Made by a program: the position numbers and the translations under genes. From an uncultured Bdellovibrionales bacterium (GTDB taxonomy: Bacteria; Patescibacteriota; Minisyncoccia; Moranbacterales; DUUL01): 64,000 bases of DNA. The stretch covers positions 10,541 through 74,540 of the forward strand of contig CAZKWX010000002.1 of NCBI GenBank assembly GCA_964556685.1, read 5' to 3'. This document shows positions 46,981 through 57,519 of the stretch, piece after piece (within the stretch, counting starts at the first letter, position 1; every line of letters begins with the position of its first letter). Under the pieces are notes generated by a model. That model saw only the letters and a list, made by a program, of their open reading frames with translations, did no database searches and had not been told where the DNA came from.

Positions 46981-48174
46981 ATGAAATTGATTCTAGCCAG
47001 AATTGGAAAATCATGGAATGCCATCAAAAGAGAGGGCATTTTTCGGGGCGGTAAGAGAATATCAGTCTCTTTTTTTAGGTTATTCAAAAGAGTTGGCTCA
47101 GGCGATATTCTTTTTATCACCGGAGGTGTGGGAGACAGTGCTCGCTATCGAACCCACAATGTGGCAGAGGAATTGAGCTTGAAAGGTTTTCAATGCTCAA
47201 CCACAGTTCAAGACAATCCATTCTTGATAAAGTATGTCGATAAATTTAAGATTTTTGTTTTTCATCGAACTATTTATACAGAAAGAATAGGAAAATTTAT
47301 TAAAGAATTAAAACATCTAGAAAGAGAAATAATTTTTGACACAGATGATCTGGTTTTTGATGCCAAGTATTTTAAACAGATGGACTATCAGGAAAATATT
47401 AATCAGTTAGAGAAGAAAGTGTATGAAGGCGGGGGGATTGGCAAAGAAATAATCGAAGATCCTTATGTGAAAGTTTGTACAACTACTACGGCATATCTGG
47501 CTGAGGAACTAAAAAAATACAACAAGCAAGTTTTTATTGTTCCTAATCGGTTAGATCAAAAAGAAGTCGAATGGGCTGACAAGATATTACAGAAAAAAGA
47601 AGAGAAGAAGGATGACAAAATTCGATTAGGTTATTTTTCGGGAACAATTAGCCATAACAAAGATTTTGCTACGATTACTAAAGCTTTGATGCAAGTGATG
47701 GAAAAACATGGGAATGTGGAACTGTTTTTGGTGGGTCCCTTGGATTTAGAAAATAAACTAATAGCCAAGTATCAAGATCGAATAGTCCAACTACCATTCG
47801 TGCCGAGAAAGGAACACTATGAAAATATTTCCAAAGTAGATATCAATTTATCTCCTTTAGAAAAAGATAATCCATTTTGTATCGCCAAGAGTGAATTAAA
47901 ATTCTTTGAAGCAGGCATTTTGAAAGTTCCGACTATGGCGGTGGACAATCAAACATTGCGGGGAGCGGTTGATGATGGAGTAGACGGATTTTTGGCAGCT
48001 AGCACGGAAGAGTGGGTGGAAAAACTAGAAAGGTTAATTAATGATGGGGAGTTGCGAAAAAGCATGGGAGAAAAAGCTCGAGAAAAAACACTGCAGAAAT
48101 ACGCCACTCAAAATGCCAACAATGAAGAATATTACAATTATTTACGTGATCGGATAAAACAAATTAGTGATTGA
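46981..48174 (+). CDS. GT-B glycosyltransferase
   Basis: DTDDL, GYFSGT.SH..DF, KSELKFFEAG. Confidence 0.85.
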   Translation: MKLILARIGKSWNAIKREGIFRGGKRISVSFFRLFKRVGSGDILFITGGVGDSARYRTHNVAEELSLKGFQCSTTVQDNPFLIKYVDKFKIFVFHRTIYTERIGKFIKELKHLEREIIFDTDDLVFDAKYFKQMDYQENINQLEKKVYEGGGIGKEIIEDPYVKVCTTTTAYLAEELKKYNKQVFIVPNRLDQKEVEWADKILQKKEEKKDDKIRLGYFSGTISHNKDFATITKALMQVMEKHGNVELFLVGPLDLENKLIAKYQDRIVQLPFVPRKEHYENISKVDINLSPLEKDNPFCIAKSELKFFEAGILKVPTMAVDNQTLRGAVDDGVDGFLAASTEEWVEKLERLINDGELRKSMGEKAREKTLQKYATQNANNEEYYNYLRDRIKQISD

Positions 48175-49438
48175 AATCATCAAGAAAAATGCTTTTGCAA
48201 GAAATAGCTTGATTTTATTCATTGGCACCATGATTGCCAATGTTTTGAATTATATTTTCCACTTGGTGGTAGGGCGAATGGTGAGTGTACCAATGTATGG
48301 AGAAATTGAATCGTTGCTTTCTTTGGTGCACATTGTTTCAGTTCCTGGACTAACCTTGACCTTAGTAGCAACAAAATATGCCGCTGGAACAAAAGCAGAC
48401 GATGATCCAGCTGGAAGTCGAGCGATTCTAAAATATATGAGCAAAAAACTGCTGCTCTACGGAACGCCTATTTTTGTCTTAGCCCTGTTTCTCGTTCCTT
48501 TTGTGGGAGATTTTCTTAAAATTGAAAGCAGCTTACCGTTGTTGCTCATTTGGGTATCCATGTTCATTTTGTTTTTCTCTTCAATTAATGTTGGAATCAT
48601 CAATGGTTGGCAAAAGTTTTTTGGTGGTAGTGCGGTTAATATAGCGGGTACATTAGTGAAGCTTGTTGCGGCGGTGGTCTTGATTAAAATTGGTTTCGGA
48701 GTAAATGGTGCAATCGGAGGATACACTCTGAGTGCATTGGCAGTCTATATTGGAACTCTCTTTGTGCTAAAGTTTATTTTCGTTGGAGATAGCAGTAAAA
48801 AGAATGAAAAAAACTTTGTCGATTTTGGATCATTGAAAAAATATATCTTGCCGGCCTTTATTGCTACCTTAGCTGTTGCCATGTTAGGAAACGTAGACAT
48901 GGTGATGGCCAAGCATCAACTTGACCTCCAACAAGCCGGGTATTATGGAGCGCTAACGATTATGTCAAAAGCTATTTTCTTTGCCACCGGTGCGATAGCC
49001 ACGGTATTATTTGCGATGTCCTCAGAAGAAAGCTATAAGAAAGCTGATACGCTGAAAATTTTTCGGTATTCCATTATTCTAACCTTTTTAGTAACTTTCT
49101 TTTCAGCTATTTTTTATGGTCTTTTCCCAGAGTTTGTGATTAATATTTTTTTTGGAGAAAAATATCTTTTGACGGCAGATCTATTAATCTGGTTTGCTAT
49201 CATGGCATCACTCTATGCTTTCGCTAATCTTTTCATTCAATATCTGCTGTCAATTCACAAAACCGAAACGGTTTGGACCTTTTTAATTTTGTCAATTCTT
49301 GGGGCAACAGCACTCTTCTTTTGGGGAAAAAGCATTCGTGATATAATTCTGATAGTTTCGATTACTCAAATCGTGGTAATATTAGTTGGGTTGATGTATA
49401 TTTTTGGTAAGAAAAACACGAGAACTACTTTTAATTGA
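48167..49438 (+). CDS. Wzx-type oligosaccharide flippase
   Basis: ~12 TM segments, NSLILF...ANVLNY, AGYYGA; located in the glycan cluster. Confidence 0.85.
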   Translation: MIEIIKKNAFARNSLILFIGTMIANVLNYIFHLVVGRMVSVPMYGEIESLLSLVHIVSVPGLTLTLVATKYAAGTKADDDPAGSRAILKYMSKKLLLYGTPIFVLALFLVPFVGDFLKIESSLPLLLIWVSMFILFFSSINVGIINGWQKFFGGSAVNIAGTLVKLVAAVVLIKIGFGVNGAIGGYTLSALAVYIGTLFVLKFIFVGDSSKKNEKNFVDFGSLKKYILPAFIATLAVAMLGNVDMVMAKHQLDLQQAGYYGALTIMSKAIFFATGAIATVLFAMSSEESYKKADTLKIFRYSIILTFLVTFFSAIFYGLFPEFVINIFFGEKYLLTADLLIWFAIMASLYAFANLFIQYLLSIHKTETVWTFLILSILGATALFFWGKSIRDIILIVSITQIVVILVGLMYIFGKKNTRTTFN

Positions 49439-49455
49439 TGTACTGCAGATTATTC

Positions 49456-49543
49456 AGCAAAAGTAGTATCATTTTTATGCATATGTTGCTCAAGATCGTA
49501 TTTAAAAGGTGCAACATGCGCAAAAAATAATACTACTTTCGCT
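49456..49543. repeat. Long intergenic hairpin
   Basis: agcaaaagtagtatcatttttatgcatatgttgc / gcaacatgcgcaaaaaataatactactttcgct. Confidence 0.75.
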
Positions 49544-49557
49544 TCATTATTTATCCT

Positions 49558-50508
49558 ATGAAGAAAATATCCATTATTATCCCGGTCTATAACGAGGAAA
49601 AAAATATTCCCTTGATTATTCAAGAAATCAGGAAGGTTTTTGACGGATTGAGTTATAACTTCGAAATTATTTTTATCAACGATGGTTCCCGAGATGGAAG
49701 TATTTTGGAAATTAAAAAGGCAGCCGAAAAAGACAGGAGAATAAGGGGACTTGATTTTTCTAAAAATTTTGGCAAAGAAGTAGCTACTTCTGCTGGCTGT
49801 CATTATGCCAGAGGTGATGCAGCGATCATCATGGATGGCGATCTTCAGCATCCTCCAGAATTAATTCCAGAATTGCTCACCAAGTGGGAAGAAGGATACG
49901 AAGTGATCTATACCGTTAGAAAGGAAAATCGGGGAGCTGGCTTTTTTAAAAAGTTTACCTCGACGTGCTATTGGTGGCTGTTGGGTAAAATTTCATCGGT
50001 TAAAACCGAACCGCACTCAACTGACTACCGCTTGCTGGATAGAAAAGTTCTAAAGGAATTCAAACAATTTTCTGAGCGAGGAAGAATCTTTCGGGGGATT
50101 GTTGATTGGATGGGCTTCAAGCGAATAAAGGTGGAATTTGTGGCACTCGAACGTCAGAGCGGACAGGCTGGCTATGATTATAGAAAGTTATTTAATTTGG
50201 CAATTAACAGCTTGACTGCTTTCTCTCTTTTGCCTCTTAAAGTTATGGGTTTCACTGGTGTCATCATTTCATTTTTTAGTGGAATAATGTTAATTATTAT
50301 GTTTATCACTCGCTGGTTTATTGATGAGACTATCTTTTCTTCACAAGCTTTTATTGTAGTGATCAACACAGCGTTAATTGGTCTAGTAATGGTTGGTCAA
50401 GGCTTCATTGCTCTCTACATTGCGCGTATTCATAATGAAGTGGTCAATCGTCCGCTCTACATAATTAGAAATAAAATTAATATTTCAGAGGAAGAACAAA
50501 ATGTCTAG
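49558..50508 (+). CDS. GT2 polyprenol-phosphate glycosyltransferase (GtrB/ArnC-like)
   Basis: IPVYNEE, NDGSRD, SKNFGKE, MDGDLQHPPE, two C-terminal TMs, RPLYII. Confidence 0.9.
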   Translation: MKKISIIIPVYNEEKNIPLIIQEIRKVFDGLSYNFEIIFINDGSRDGSILEIKKAAEKDRRIRGLDFSKNFGKEVATSAGCHYARGDAAIIMDGDLQHPPELIPELLTKWEEGYEVIYTVRKENRGAGFFKKFTSTCYWWLLGKISSVKTEPHSTDYRLLDRKVLKEFKQFSERGRIFRGIVDWMGFKRIKVEFVALERQSGQAGYDYRKLFNLAINSLTAFSLLPLKVMGFTGVIISFFSGIMLIIMFITRWFIDETIFSSQAFIVVINTALIGLVMVGQGFIALYIARIHNEVVNRPLYIIRNKINISEEEQNV

Positions 50509-51517
50509 TTCGGGAAACAAGATTATGTTTTCAATCGTTATCCCCATCATGGAAGTTAACGATTATTTGATTGAGACATGCAAAAAATTTCGTGGGCTCC
50601 ACAATCAAAACTTTGAAGTGATTGTGGTGGCGAATAAAATTAATGAGGTTGAAAAATGGGAGAGAGAACTACAGGTTAGAATTATTCCTCTCGGTGATGT
50701 CAGCCCGGCAATTAAGCGAGACAAGGGTGTCGAAGAAGCTCGAGGCGGTTATATTGCTTTTGTTGATGACGATGCCTATCCTGATTCAGATTGGCTAGAT
50801 GTGGCTGAAAAATATCTTGAACAAGAAAATATATCAATTATCGGTGGACCGCAATTAACTCCCTCAAGCGATGGGTTTTGGCAAAAAGCATCAGGAGCAA
50901 TGTTTCTTTCGCCGCTTTCTGGGGCAGCAGTTATTCGTTTTTGGCCAGGGAAAAAAGTCAAAAAAATCTGTGATTGGCCGACAGTTAATTTTTTTATTAA
51001 AAGAGAAGATTTTCAGGCAGTAGGAGGATTCGATAATGAGTATTGGCCAGGAGAAGATACTAAGCTCTGTTTGGACGTGATTAAAAAATTGAAAAAGAAA
51101 CTACTCTATATTCCTGAATTAGTTGTCTATCATCATCGGCGAGCAAGCCTGAAAAAACACTTGAAGCAAACCGGCAACTATGGTTTGCACCGTGGTTATT
51201 TTGCCAAAAGATTTCCTGAGACTTCTGCTCGATTAGTTGATTTATATTTTGTACCCTCGCTTTTCATTTTATTTTTAGTTCTTGGTTTCTTTGGATCATT
51301 CTTTTCGGAAGTTATTAAAAGTCTTTATATTTTTGGGCTGATAGTTTATGCCATAGTCGTGCTGTTATCAACTTTAGTTGTTTGGCAAAGAACAAAAAAT
51401 TTTTTGATCAGCTTGGCATCTGTTCCATATCTAGTACTTTTTCACATTTGGTATGGGATCAGGTTTATTCAGGGCTATGTTTTTACGAGGGATTTAAAGA
51501 GTCGACTCGGACGATAA
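50501..51517 (+). CDS. Glycosyltransferase family 2
   Basis: AFVDDDA, VGGFD..YWPGED, HHRR, C-terminal TMs. Confidence 0.9.
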   Translation: MSSSGNKIMFSIVIPIMEVNDYLIETCKKFRGLHNQNFEVIVVANKINEVEKWERELQVRIIPLGDVSPAIKRDKGVEEARGGYIAFVDDDAYPDSDWLDVAEKYLEQENISIIGGPQLTPSSDGFWQKASGAMFLSPLSGAAVIRFWPGKKVKKICDWPTVNFFIKREDFQAVGGFDNEYWPGEDTKLCLDVIKKLKKKLLYIPELVVYHHRRASLKKHLKQTGNYGLHRGYFAKRFPETSARLVDLYFVPSLFILFLVLGFFGSFFSEVIKSLYIFGLIVYAIVVLLSTLVVWQRTKNFLISLASVPYLVLFHIWYGIRFIQGYVFTRDLKSRLGR

Positions 51518-51520
51518 AAA

Positions 51521-51669
51521 GGTATTAAAACAAAAATTTGAAATGAAAATTAACTCGGATGTATTTTTTCATAAAAAAATATTTTTAAAGTCATAAAGGA
51601 TAAAATATTTTTTGAAAAAATTACATCCTCAAACAGTAATTTTCATTTAAATTCTTGTTTTATAACGCC
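51521..51669. repeat. Long AT-rich intergenic hairpin (~150 nt)
   Basis: taaaacaaaaattt/aaattcttgtttta, aaatgaaaatta/taattttcattt, ggatgta/tacatcc, aaaaaatatttt/aaaatatttttt. Confidence 0.75.
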
Positions 51670-51690
51670 ATCTAAATCTAAGAAAAAGAA

Positions 51691-53190
51691 TTGAAAATCG
51701 CCATATCATATCCACCATTGAAATCTGAAAAAGGAACAGCCTGCTTGAGTCAGAATCGACAGTTTCAATGGTTTAACACACCCACTTACATCTATCCGGT
51801 TATTCCGGCTTATGCTGCGTCGCTTTTGAGGGATAAAGGTCATGAGGTGTTGTGGGACGATGCAATCACTCAGAAACTTTCATATGAGCAGTGGCTAGAG
51901 CGGATAAAAAAAGAACAACCAGACATCATTGCTATTGAAACAAAAACTCCAGTTGTCGAAGAGCACTGGAAAATTATAGACGATTTAAAAAATTCGAAAT
52001 TCGAAATTCGAAATTCGAAATTCATCTTAATGGGCGATCATGTGACGGCTCTCTCAAAAGAATCTATGGAGAAATCGAAAGTAGATTTTGTGTTAGCGAG
52101 TGGAGATTATGATTTTATGCTGCTAAATCTGGTTAATTATTTAGAAGGTAGGGCTGAGTTGGAAGGTGGTTGGTGGCTGAAAGATAAAGCGGGGAATATT
52201 ATCAACTCAGGACTATCTGATTTATCTCGACACAACCTCGATGCTCTTCCTTTGATTGACCGGGAATTAACTCGGTGGAAAGATTATGCTTTTGACAATG
52301 GCAATTTCAAATATACACCCGGAGCCTATTTGATGAGCGGACGGGATTGTTGGTGGGGAAGATGCACCTTTTGTTCTTGGACAACTTTCTTCCCGGGCAA
52401 TCAATTTCGCACCATGAGTGCCAGCAAAGCGCTCGAGGAAGTGGATAATCTCATTCGACTGGGTGTCAAGGAAATCATGGAAGACTCAGGGAGTTTGCCG
52501 ATTGGAAAGTGGCTAGATGAATTTTGCAGAGGAATGATTGATCGAGGTTATAATAAAAAGGTGACTATCAGCTGTAACATGAGAATCAATGGCATCAGGA
52601 AGAAAGAAACCTGGGAGCTAATGAAGGAAGCCGGTTTTCGGTTTATTCTTTTTGGTCTGGAGTCGGCTAACCAAAAAACTTTAGACAAAATAGACAAAAA
52701 TCTTAAAGTCGAAGAAATTAAACCAAACTTGAGAATCTGCAAGGAGGCAGGACTGGAACCTCACATCACAGCCATGGTGGGTTATCCATGGGAAACTAAA
52801 GAAGATGCCCAAAGAACAATTGATTTGGCTAAAGGTTTATTCAAGAAGGGATACGTTGACACTTTGCAGGCGACGATCCTTATCCCCTATCCCGGAACAC
52901 CGCTTCATGCTTATTGTAAAGATAATAATTTGCTACGTTTCAATGACTATGCTCGTTTTGATCAAAGGGAACAGGTGATGAAATCTCCCTTGACCACCAC
53001 TGATGTTCAAAAAATGGCTCAAGGTTTATACGCATCGTTTGCCAGCCCTCAGTTTATTTGGCGAAAAATTTCTTCCATTCGGAATTTCGATGATGTAAAA
53101 TTTATTTGGATGGCTGGGTGGAAATGGCTGGGGAAGATGATAGATTTTTCGAGTAAAAAAAAGGTACCTTCCCCGCCAAAGGCGGACTAA
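51691..53190 (+). CDS. B12-binding-domain radical SAM protein
   Basis: N-terminal B12-binding-like domain, CWWGRCTFC, FGLESANQ, PYPGTPL; TTG start. Confidence 0.85.
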   Translation: MKIAISYPPLKSEKGTACLSQNRQFQWFNTPTYIYPVIPAYAASLLRDKGHEVLWDDAITQKLSYEQWLERIKKEQPDIIAIETKTPVVEEHWKIIDDLKNSKFEIRNSKFILMGDHVTALSKESMEKSKVDFVLASGDYDFMLLNLVNYLEGRAELEGGWWLKDKAGNIINSGLSDLSRHNLDALPLIDRELTRWKDYAFDNGNFKYTPGAYLMSGRDCWWGRCTFCSWTTFFPGNQFRTMSASKALEEVDNLIRLGVKEIMEDSGSLPIGKWLDEFCRGMIDRGYNKKVTISCNMRINGIRKKETWELMKEAGFRFILFGLESANQKTLDKIDKNLKVEEIKPNLRICKEAGLEPHITAMVGYPWETKEDAQRTIDLAKGLFKKGYVDTLQATILIPYPGTPLHAYCKDNNLLRFNDYARFDQREQVMKSPLTTTDVQKMAQGLYASFASPQFIWRKISSIRNFDDVKFIWMAGWKWLGKMIDFSSKKKVPSPPKAD

Positions 53191-53225
53191 AGTAAGATAC
53201 TCATCAGAATAGTTATCTGATAAAC

Positions 53226-53250
53226 AAAAAAGCGCTTGCAAGCGCTTTTT
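53226..53250. terminator. Bidirectional terminator
   Basis: aaaaaagcgctt-gc-aagcgcttttt between convergent genes. Confidence 0.65.
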
Positions 53251-53269
53251 AAGTTGCTTGATATAAATT

Positions 53270-55006
53270 TTATTTGTTGGTCTCAGACATTATTAATTGT
53301 TCAATTTCACGAAGCCTCTGATCCGCTGGGTTTATCTTGATTGCTTCTCTGATCGATTCCAAGGCCTTTTCTACATTACCAGTTTCGAGGTATATGGCAG
53401 TTAAATTTTGATATGTTTGCCAAAGACTTGGATCAATCTCGACAGCTTTTTCATAGCTTTTAACGGCTTCTTCGTACTGCTTATTTTTTTGATAGGTATT
53501 CCCGATGTTATGGTAGGCAGCAGCGTAACCGGGATTTATTTCAATAGCTTTTTGAAACTCCTCGATTCCTTTTTCTAAATTACCCTGTCGAACATGCATG
53601 TCACCCAAATTATTATGAATAACAAAGCCGGAAGGGGATGTCTCAGCAGTAGCGATCCAAAGAGTATCTTGATTTTGCCAGTTCTGATTACGTATAATGG
53701 TGCGAACCGAAAGAGCAACAATGGCAATTGCTAGAATAATATATAAACCTTGCATGTAAGCCTTGTTAGTTCGCTCGCTTTTTTCAAGAAGCCAGTTGAA
53801 ACCTATCGCGACTACAGCGAAAATTCCAATTGATCCTAAGTAGACATAACGTTCGGCAATAATCCAAGACACCCCAAAGGGCATAAGGGTGGGAAGCAGG
53901 GTAACAAGGAAAAACAATAGCCAAAAAAAGATCCACTTGCTCTTTTTCCAAGCATAGACAATTCCGGCAACAAAAATCAGGAAAGCAAACAATATGATCG
54001 CGAACTGACCTTTTGAAAATACCAGCTCGGTGTGATAGAAAGAAAGATTTTGCGGCCAGACCATCAGTTTCAGATAGTTTGTGATTGCAATGGGGACTTG
54101 AATGAAAGGATTCACCGGATCGATCTTTTCATAATTAGTTGTCTCCAGGCCACTTGATCTTTGTCCGATTTTGCTCAGGAAAAAAATAACAGAAAGGACT
54201 CCGATAATGGCATAGGGTGACCATTTTTTCCAAGTTTGCTTGAGAGTGCCCTGAGAGAATTCATAAAGAGGAAAGATCAGGAAAACTACCGCTGCGTTAG
54301 TTGAAGATAGTAAGGCTAGTCCGAAGAAAATAAGCGACCAGCTATAATACTTTCTGTTGTCCTTAGCCAAAAGGTAGGTGAGAAAAGAAAGCAGAAAGAA
54401 GAAACTGTAATGACTATAGGGACCACCCGAGATCCAGGTAACCGCTTCAGTCAAAATAGGATGAACGGCAAAGATCGCAGCTGCGAAGATTGCAATTCTT
54501 TTGTTGAAAAGATAGCCAAGAAGAGTGAAGAGAGCCAAGGTGCTTCCCAAGTGGAAAAGAACATTTGGTAGTCTGAAAAATGCGGGATTTAGACCTCCTA
54601 TTTTAAAGGCCGAATATCTCAAAAAGGATCCAAAATAGCCGCTGAAAGATCCTTCAAAAATAGCGCTGAAACTGCCAATCCTTTCGTTTTGGCTGATGCC
54701 AAAAATATCATCGGAAACAAATTCATTGTTCAATGAATTAAAATAACAAAAAACAACTAGACCAAAAAGTAAAAGAAAATAGTATTTGTTTTGTACAATA
54801 AATTTTTTTAAAAGAAAAGGCTTTTTTCTAGATGTGTTGAGATTACGCTTGACGTATCTTTCATATTTTTCTTTTCGCCAACGCTTTTTCAAATATTTAA
54901 GAACATCATCCTCGGAGACATTCAGGTGACGAGCAATTTCTTCCAATGGTTGCTGTCTTATTTTTTTTCTAATATAATTTTTATCCGAAGTAGAGAAAGT
55001 GTTCAT
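53270..55006 (-). CDS. TMTC-like (GT-C) membrane glycosyltransferase with TPR repeats
   Basis: FVSDD, N..FH, FAVHP..TEAV.WIS, AERYVY, RN..W, C-terminal TPRs. Confidence 0.8.
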   Translation of the reverse strand: MNTFSTSDKNYIRKKIRQQPLEEIARHLNVSEDDVLKYLKKRWRKEKYERYVKRNLNTSRKKPFLLKKFIVQNKYYFLLLFGLVVFCYFNSLNNEFVSDDIFGISQNERIGSFSAIFEGSFSGYFGSFLRYSAFKIGGLNPAFFRLPNVLFHLGSTLALFTLLGYLFNKRIAIFAAAIFAVHPILTEAVTWISGGPYSHYSFFFLLSFLTYLLAKDNRKYYSWSLIFFGLALLSSTNAAVVFLIFPLYEFSQGTLKQTWKKWSPYAIIGVLSVIFFLSKIGQRSSGLETTNYEKIDPVNPFIQVPIAITNYLKLMVWPQNLSFYHTELVFSKGQFAIILFAFLIFVAGIVYAWKKSKWIFFWLLFFLVTLLPTLMPFGVSWIIAERYVYLGSIGIFAVVAIGFNWLLEKSERTNKAYMQGLYIILAIAIVALSVRTIIRNQNWQNQDTLWIATAETSPSGFVIHNNLGDMHVRQGNLEKGIEEFQKAIEINPGYAAAYHNIGNTYQKNKQYEEAVKSYEKAVEIDPSLWQTYQNLTAIYLETGNVEKALESIREAIKINPADQRLREIEQLIMSETNK

Positions 55007-55089
55007 TTGATTTTTCTTATGCCAGTTTTGATTTTTTCATTTTTAGTTCTATAATTAAATAATACTATTTCATTATTAATCTAGCAAAT

Positions 55090-56286
55090 ATGGAAGAAAA
55101 TAGTGTTGGAGAATACAAAAAAAACAAAATCGTTATGGTGAGCAGTTTGCTTCCGGCCACTCACTATTCCCAATATCTATGTTCTTGGCTGAACAGAATT
55201 ATAGGCGAAGACTTAGTTACTTATAGCGACACCAACGAGAAAAATCGGCAAATAGAACATTGCGGTAAAATTAAAACCGTCTGGCGCAAGAATGGATTTT
55301 TTGTTTTTGATATTTTAAGAGAAATCAGAAAAGACAGACCTCAGATTATTCATCTTCAGCACGAACTTAATATGTATGGAGGGACTTTAACGGCACTGGC
55401 ATTTCCTTTTTTAGTTTTGTTATTGAGGATTTTTTCAGGCGCTAAGATCGTGGTGACTATTCACGCCGTAGTCAGAAAAAACTTGATTGATCAAAAATTT
55501 GTCAAACTTTTCAAAAAGCGGAGCACTTTGGTCAACTCCTTTACTTTGAAATCATTTTTTATTTTTCTCAATCGATTGATCGGCTTGGCCGCAAACAAAA
55601 TGATTGTTCACAGCGAATATCTCAAATCGATTTTAGTTGATGACTATGGACTGGCCGGAAAAAAGATTGAAGTTATTCCCTGCGGAGTGGCAGTTGTTCC
55701 CAAGCAAAACAGCCAATTGGAACACCGGCAAAAGTTTTTTCTTTGCTTCGGCTACATGACCCGAAGGAAAGGGATTGATCAAGTGCTGAAAGGTTTTGCT
55801 GAGTTTGTTGAAAAAAATCCTGAGGCTAGTTTTTCTTTGGTTTTGGCGGGTGGAACAATAGAAGGCCAAGAGTTTGCTCGAAAAGAGATAATCGACTATG
55901 CCAACAACTTGAATCTTCAAGATTCTTTTGAATTTAAGGGATTTGTCGACATTGATGAAATAGATCGACTTTTTCAAAATGCCTATGCTATTATTATCCC
56001 AGCAGCAATTTCTATTTCCGCCAGCGGTCCGTTAGCTCATGCGATTGGTTATGGAAAATGTGTTTTGGCTTCCAAAGTGGGCAATTTGAGTGAAGAAATC
56101 ACTGACCGAACGGATGGTTATTTAGTAGAAAAAAAAGGATGGGCCCAAGCCTTTCGGGAAATTGCTGGTGATCGTGATTTGGTGGACAGGATCGAATCAG
56201 GAGCGAGAAAGAAATCCCAAGAACAAAGCTGGGAGAGGGTCAGCCAGCAGCACGTAGCTATCTATGAATCACTGAAAGGAAAGTAG
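55090..56286 (+). CDS. Glycosyltransferase family 4
   Basis: IHLQHE, VTIH, FGYMTRRKGID, SASGPL..A...GK.V. Confidence 0.88.
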   Translation: MEENSVGEYKKNKIVMVSSLLPATHYSQYLCSWLNRIIGEDLVTYSDTNEKNRQIEHCGKIKTVWRKNGFFVFDILREIRKDRPQIIHLQHELNMYGGTLTALAFPFLVLLLRIFSGAKIVVTIHAVVRKNLIDQKFVKLFKKRSTLVNSFTLKSFFIFLNRLIGLAANKMIVHSEYLKSILVDDYGLAGKKIEVIPCGVAVVPKQNSQLEHRQKFFLCFGYMTRRKGIDQVLKGFAEFVEKNPEASFSLVLAGGTIEGQEFARKEIIDYANNLNLQDSFEFKGFVDIDEIDRLFQNAYAIIIPAAISISASGPLAHAIGYGKCVLASKVGNLSEEITDRTDGYLVEKKGWAQAFREIAGDRDLVDRIESGARKKSQEQSWERVSQQHVAIYESLKGK

Positions 56287-56317
56287 TCCATAACAGAAGT
56301 TACGCAGTCTATGTTTG

Positions 56318-56396
56318 ATTTTCCGCAAGCAAGGTATTTTTGCCAAATGTTCACTCCGTTTCCTAAGGTGTCAAAAATACCTTGCTTGCGGGAAAT
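56318..56396. repeat. ~80-bp hairpin repeat, copy A
   Basis: ttccgcaagcaaggtattttt...aaaaataccttgcttgcggga; roughly 90% identical to 61238-61319. Confidence 0.85.
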
Positions 56397-56460
56397 TTCT
56401 GTTAAGTGAAATAGGAAAGTGCGCAATCTTTATCTGTAAGATCTGTAAGTTATAATCTCA

Positions 56461-57519
56461 ATGAATAATTTGGAATTATCTGTAATTATAGTTAATTATA
56501 ACGGCAGAGACTATGTCGAGAGGTGTGTTGATTCCATCCTTAGAAGTAATGCAAATAATTTTGAGATCATAGTGGTGGATAACGGTTCTAGCGATGGGAG
56601 TGTCGAATCTCTTAAAAGCAAGTATGCTCGAAGTTCAGACAAGATAGTTTTTCTTGAACTTGAGAAGAATTATGGACCGGCTCGGGCAAGAAATGAAGGC
56701 ACAAAACTGGCCAAGGGAGAGTTTTTGTGTTTCTTGGACAACGATACTGAAGTTGAAAAAAATTGGTCGCAAGCAGCGATTAGCGAATTCAAAAAAGAAG
56801 AAGGGCTAGGAATTATTCAGTGCAAATTGCTTTTAGCCAAAGAAAGAAATAGAATAGATTATGTGGGAGAATATCTTGGACAAAATGGTTTTTTAGTGCA
56901 AAGGGCGATGGCCGGCAAAATTGACCAGGGGCAATATGATCAAGAAGCCCAGATTTTAGCAGCTAAGTCAGCGGGGATGTTTATTCGCAAAAAAGCTTTT
57001 AATGAAGCAGGAGGCTTTGATGAGGATTATTTTATCTACTTGGAAGAGACTGATTTAGGCTGGAGGACTTGGCTGGCCGGATATACTGTCAAGTTTGTCT
57101 TTCAATCAAGGGTCTATCATGAATTCGGAACCAGCACGGTTATTTTGGGTAAAAGCCAGAGCAGTCACAACGCTAAATTTCATGGGTGCAAAAATTACGT
57201 TGCCACCTTAATTAAAAATTTGGGCTTCTGGAACCTTATTAAGATTTTGCCATTGCATGTTCTTTTATGGCTGGGATTAGCCTGGTTCTCCTTACTCAAA
57301 GGCAGACCGAAAGTGTTTCTTTGGATTCACAAAGCCATCGGTTGGAATATTTTAAACTTAACTCGAACATTGGCAAAAAGAAGAGTAATTCAGAATAGGC
57401 GCACATTAACTGACAGAGAATTATTTAAAATTATTTTGCGAAAGAAACCCTTGAGTTATTTTTTTAAGAAAGCTGTCGTTAAACAAAAAATCGGTCAAGC
57501 TAGAAGTTTTAATGATTGA
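56461..57519 (+). CDS. Glycosyltransferase family 2
   Basis: VIIVNYN, VVDNGSSDG, FLDND, GGFDEDYFIYLEETD. Confidence 0.92.
   Translation: MNNLELSVIIVNYNGRDYVERCVDSILRSNANNFEIIVVDNGSSDGSVESLKSKYARSSDKIVFLELEKNYGPARARNEGTKLAKGEFLCFLDNDTEVEKNWSQAAISEFKKEEGLGIIQCKLLLAKERNRIDYVGEYLGQNGFLVQRAMAGKIDQGQYDQEAQILAAKSAGMFIRKKAFNEAGGFDEDYFIYLEETDLGWRTWLAGYTVKFVFQSRVYHEFGTSTVILGKSQSSHNAKFHGCKNYVATLIKNLGFWNLIKILPLHVLLWLGLAWFSLLKGRPKVFLWIHKAIGWNILNLTRTLAKRRVIQNRRTLTDRELFKIILRKKPLSYFFKKAVVKQKIGQARSFND

Noticed and set aside
52348-52374. CxxxxCxxC spacing in the radical SAM motif
   Set aside because: CxWGxCxFC variants are common among B12-binding radical SAM proteins.
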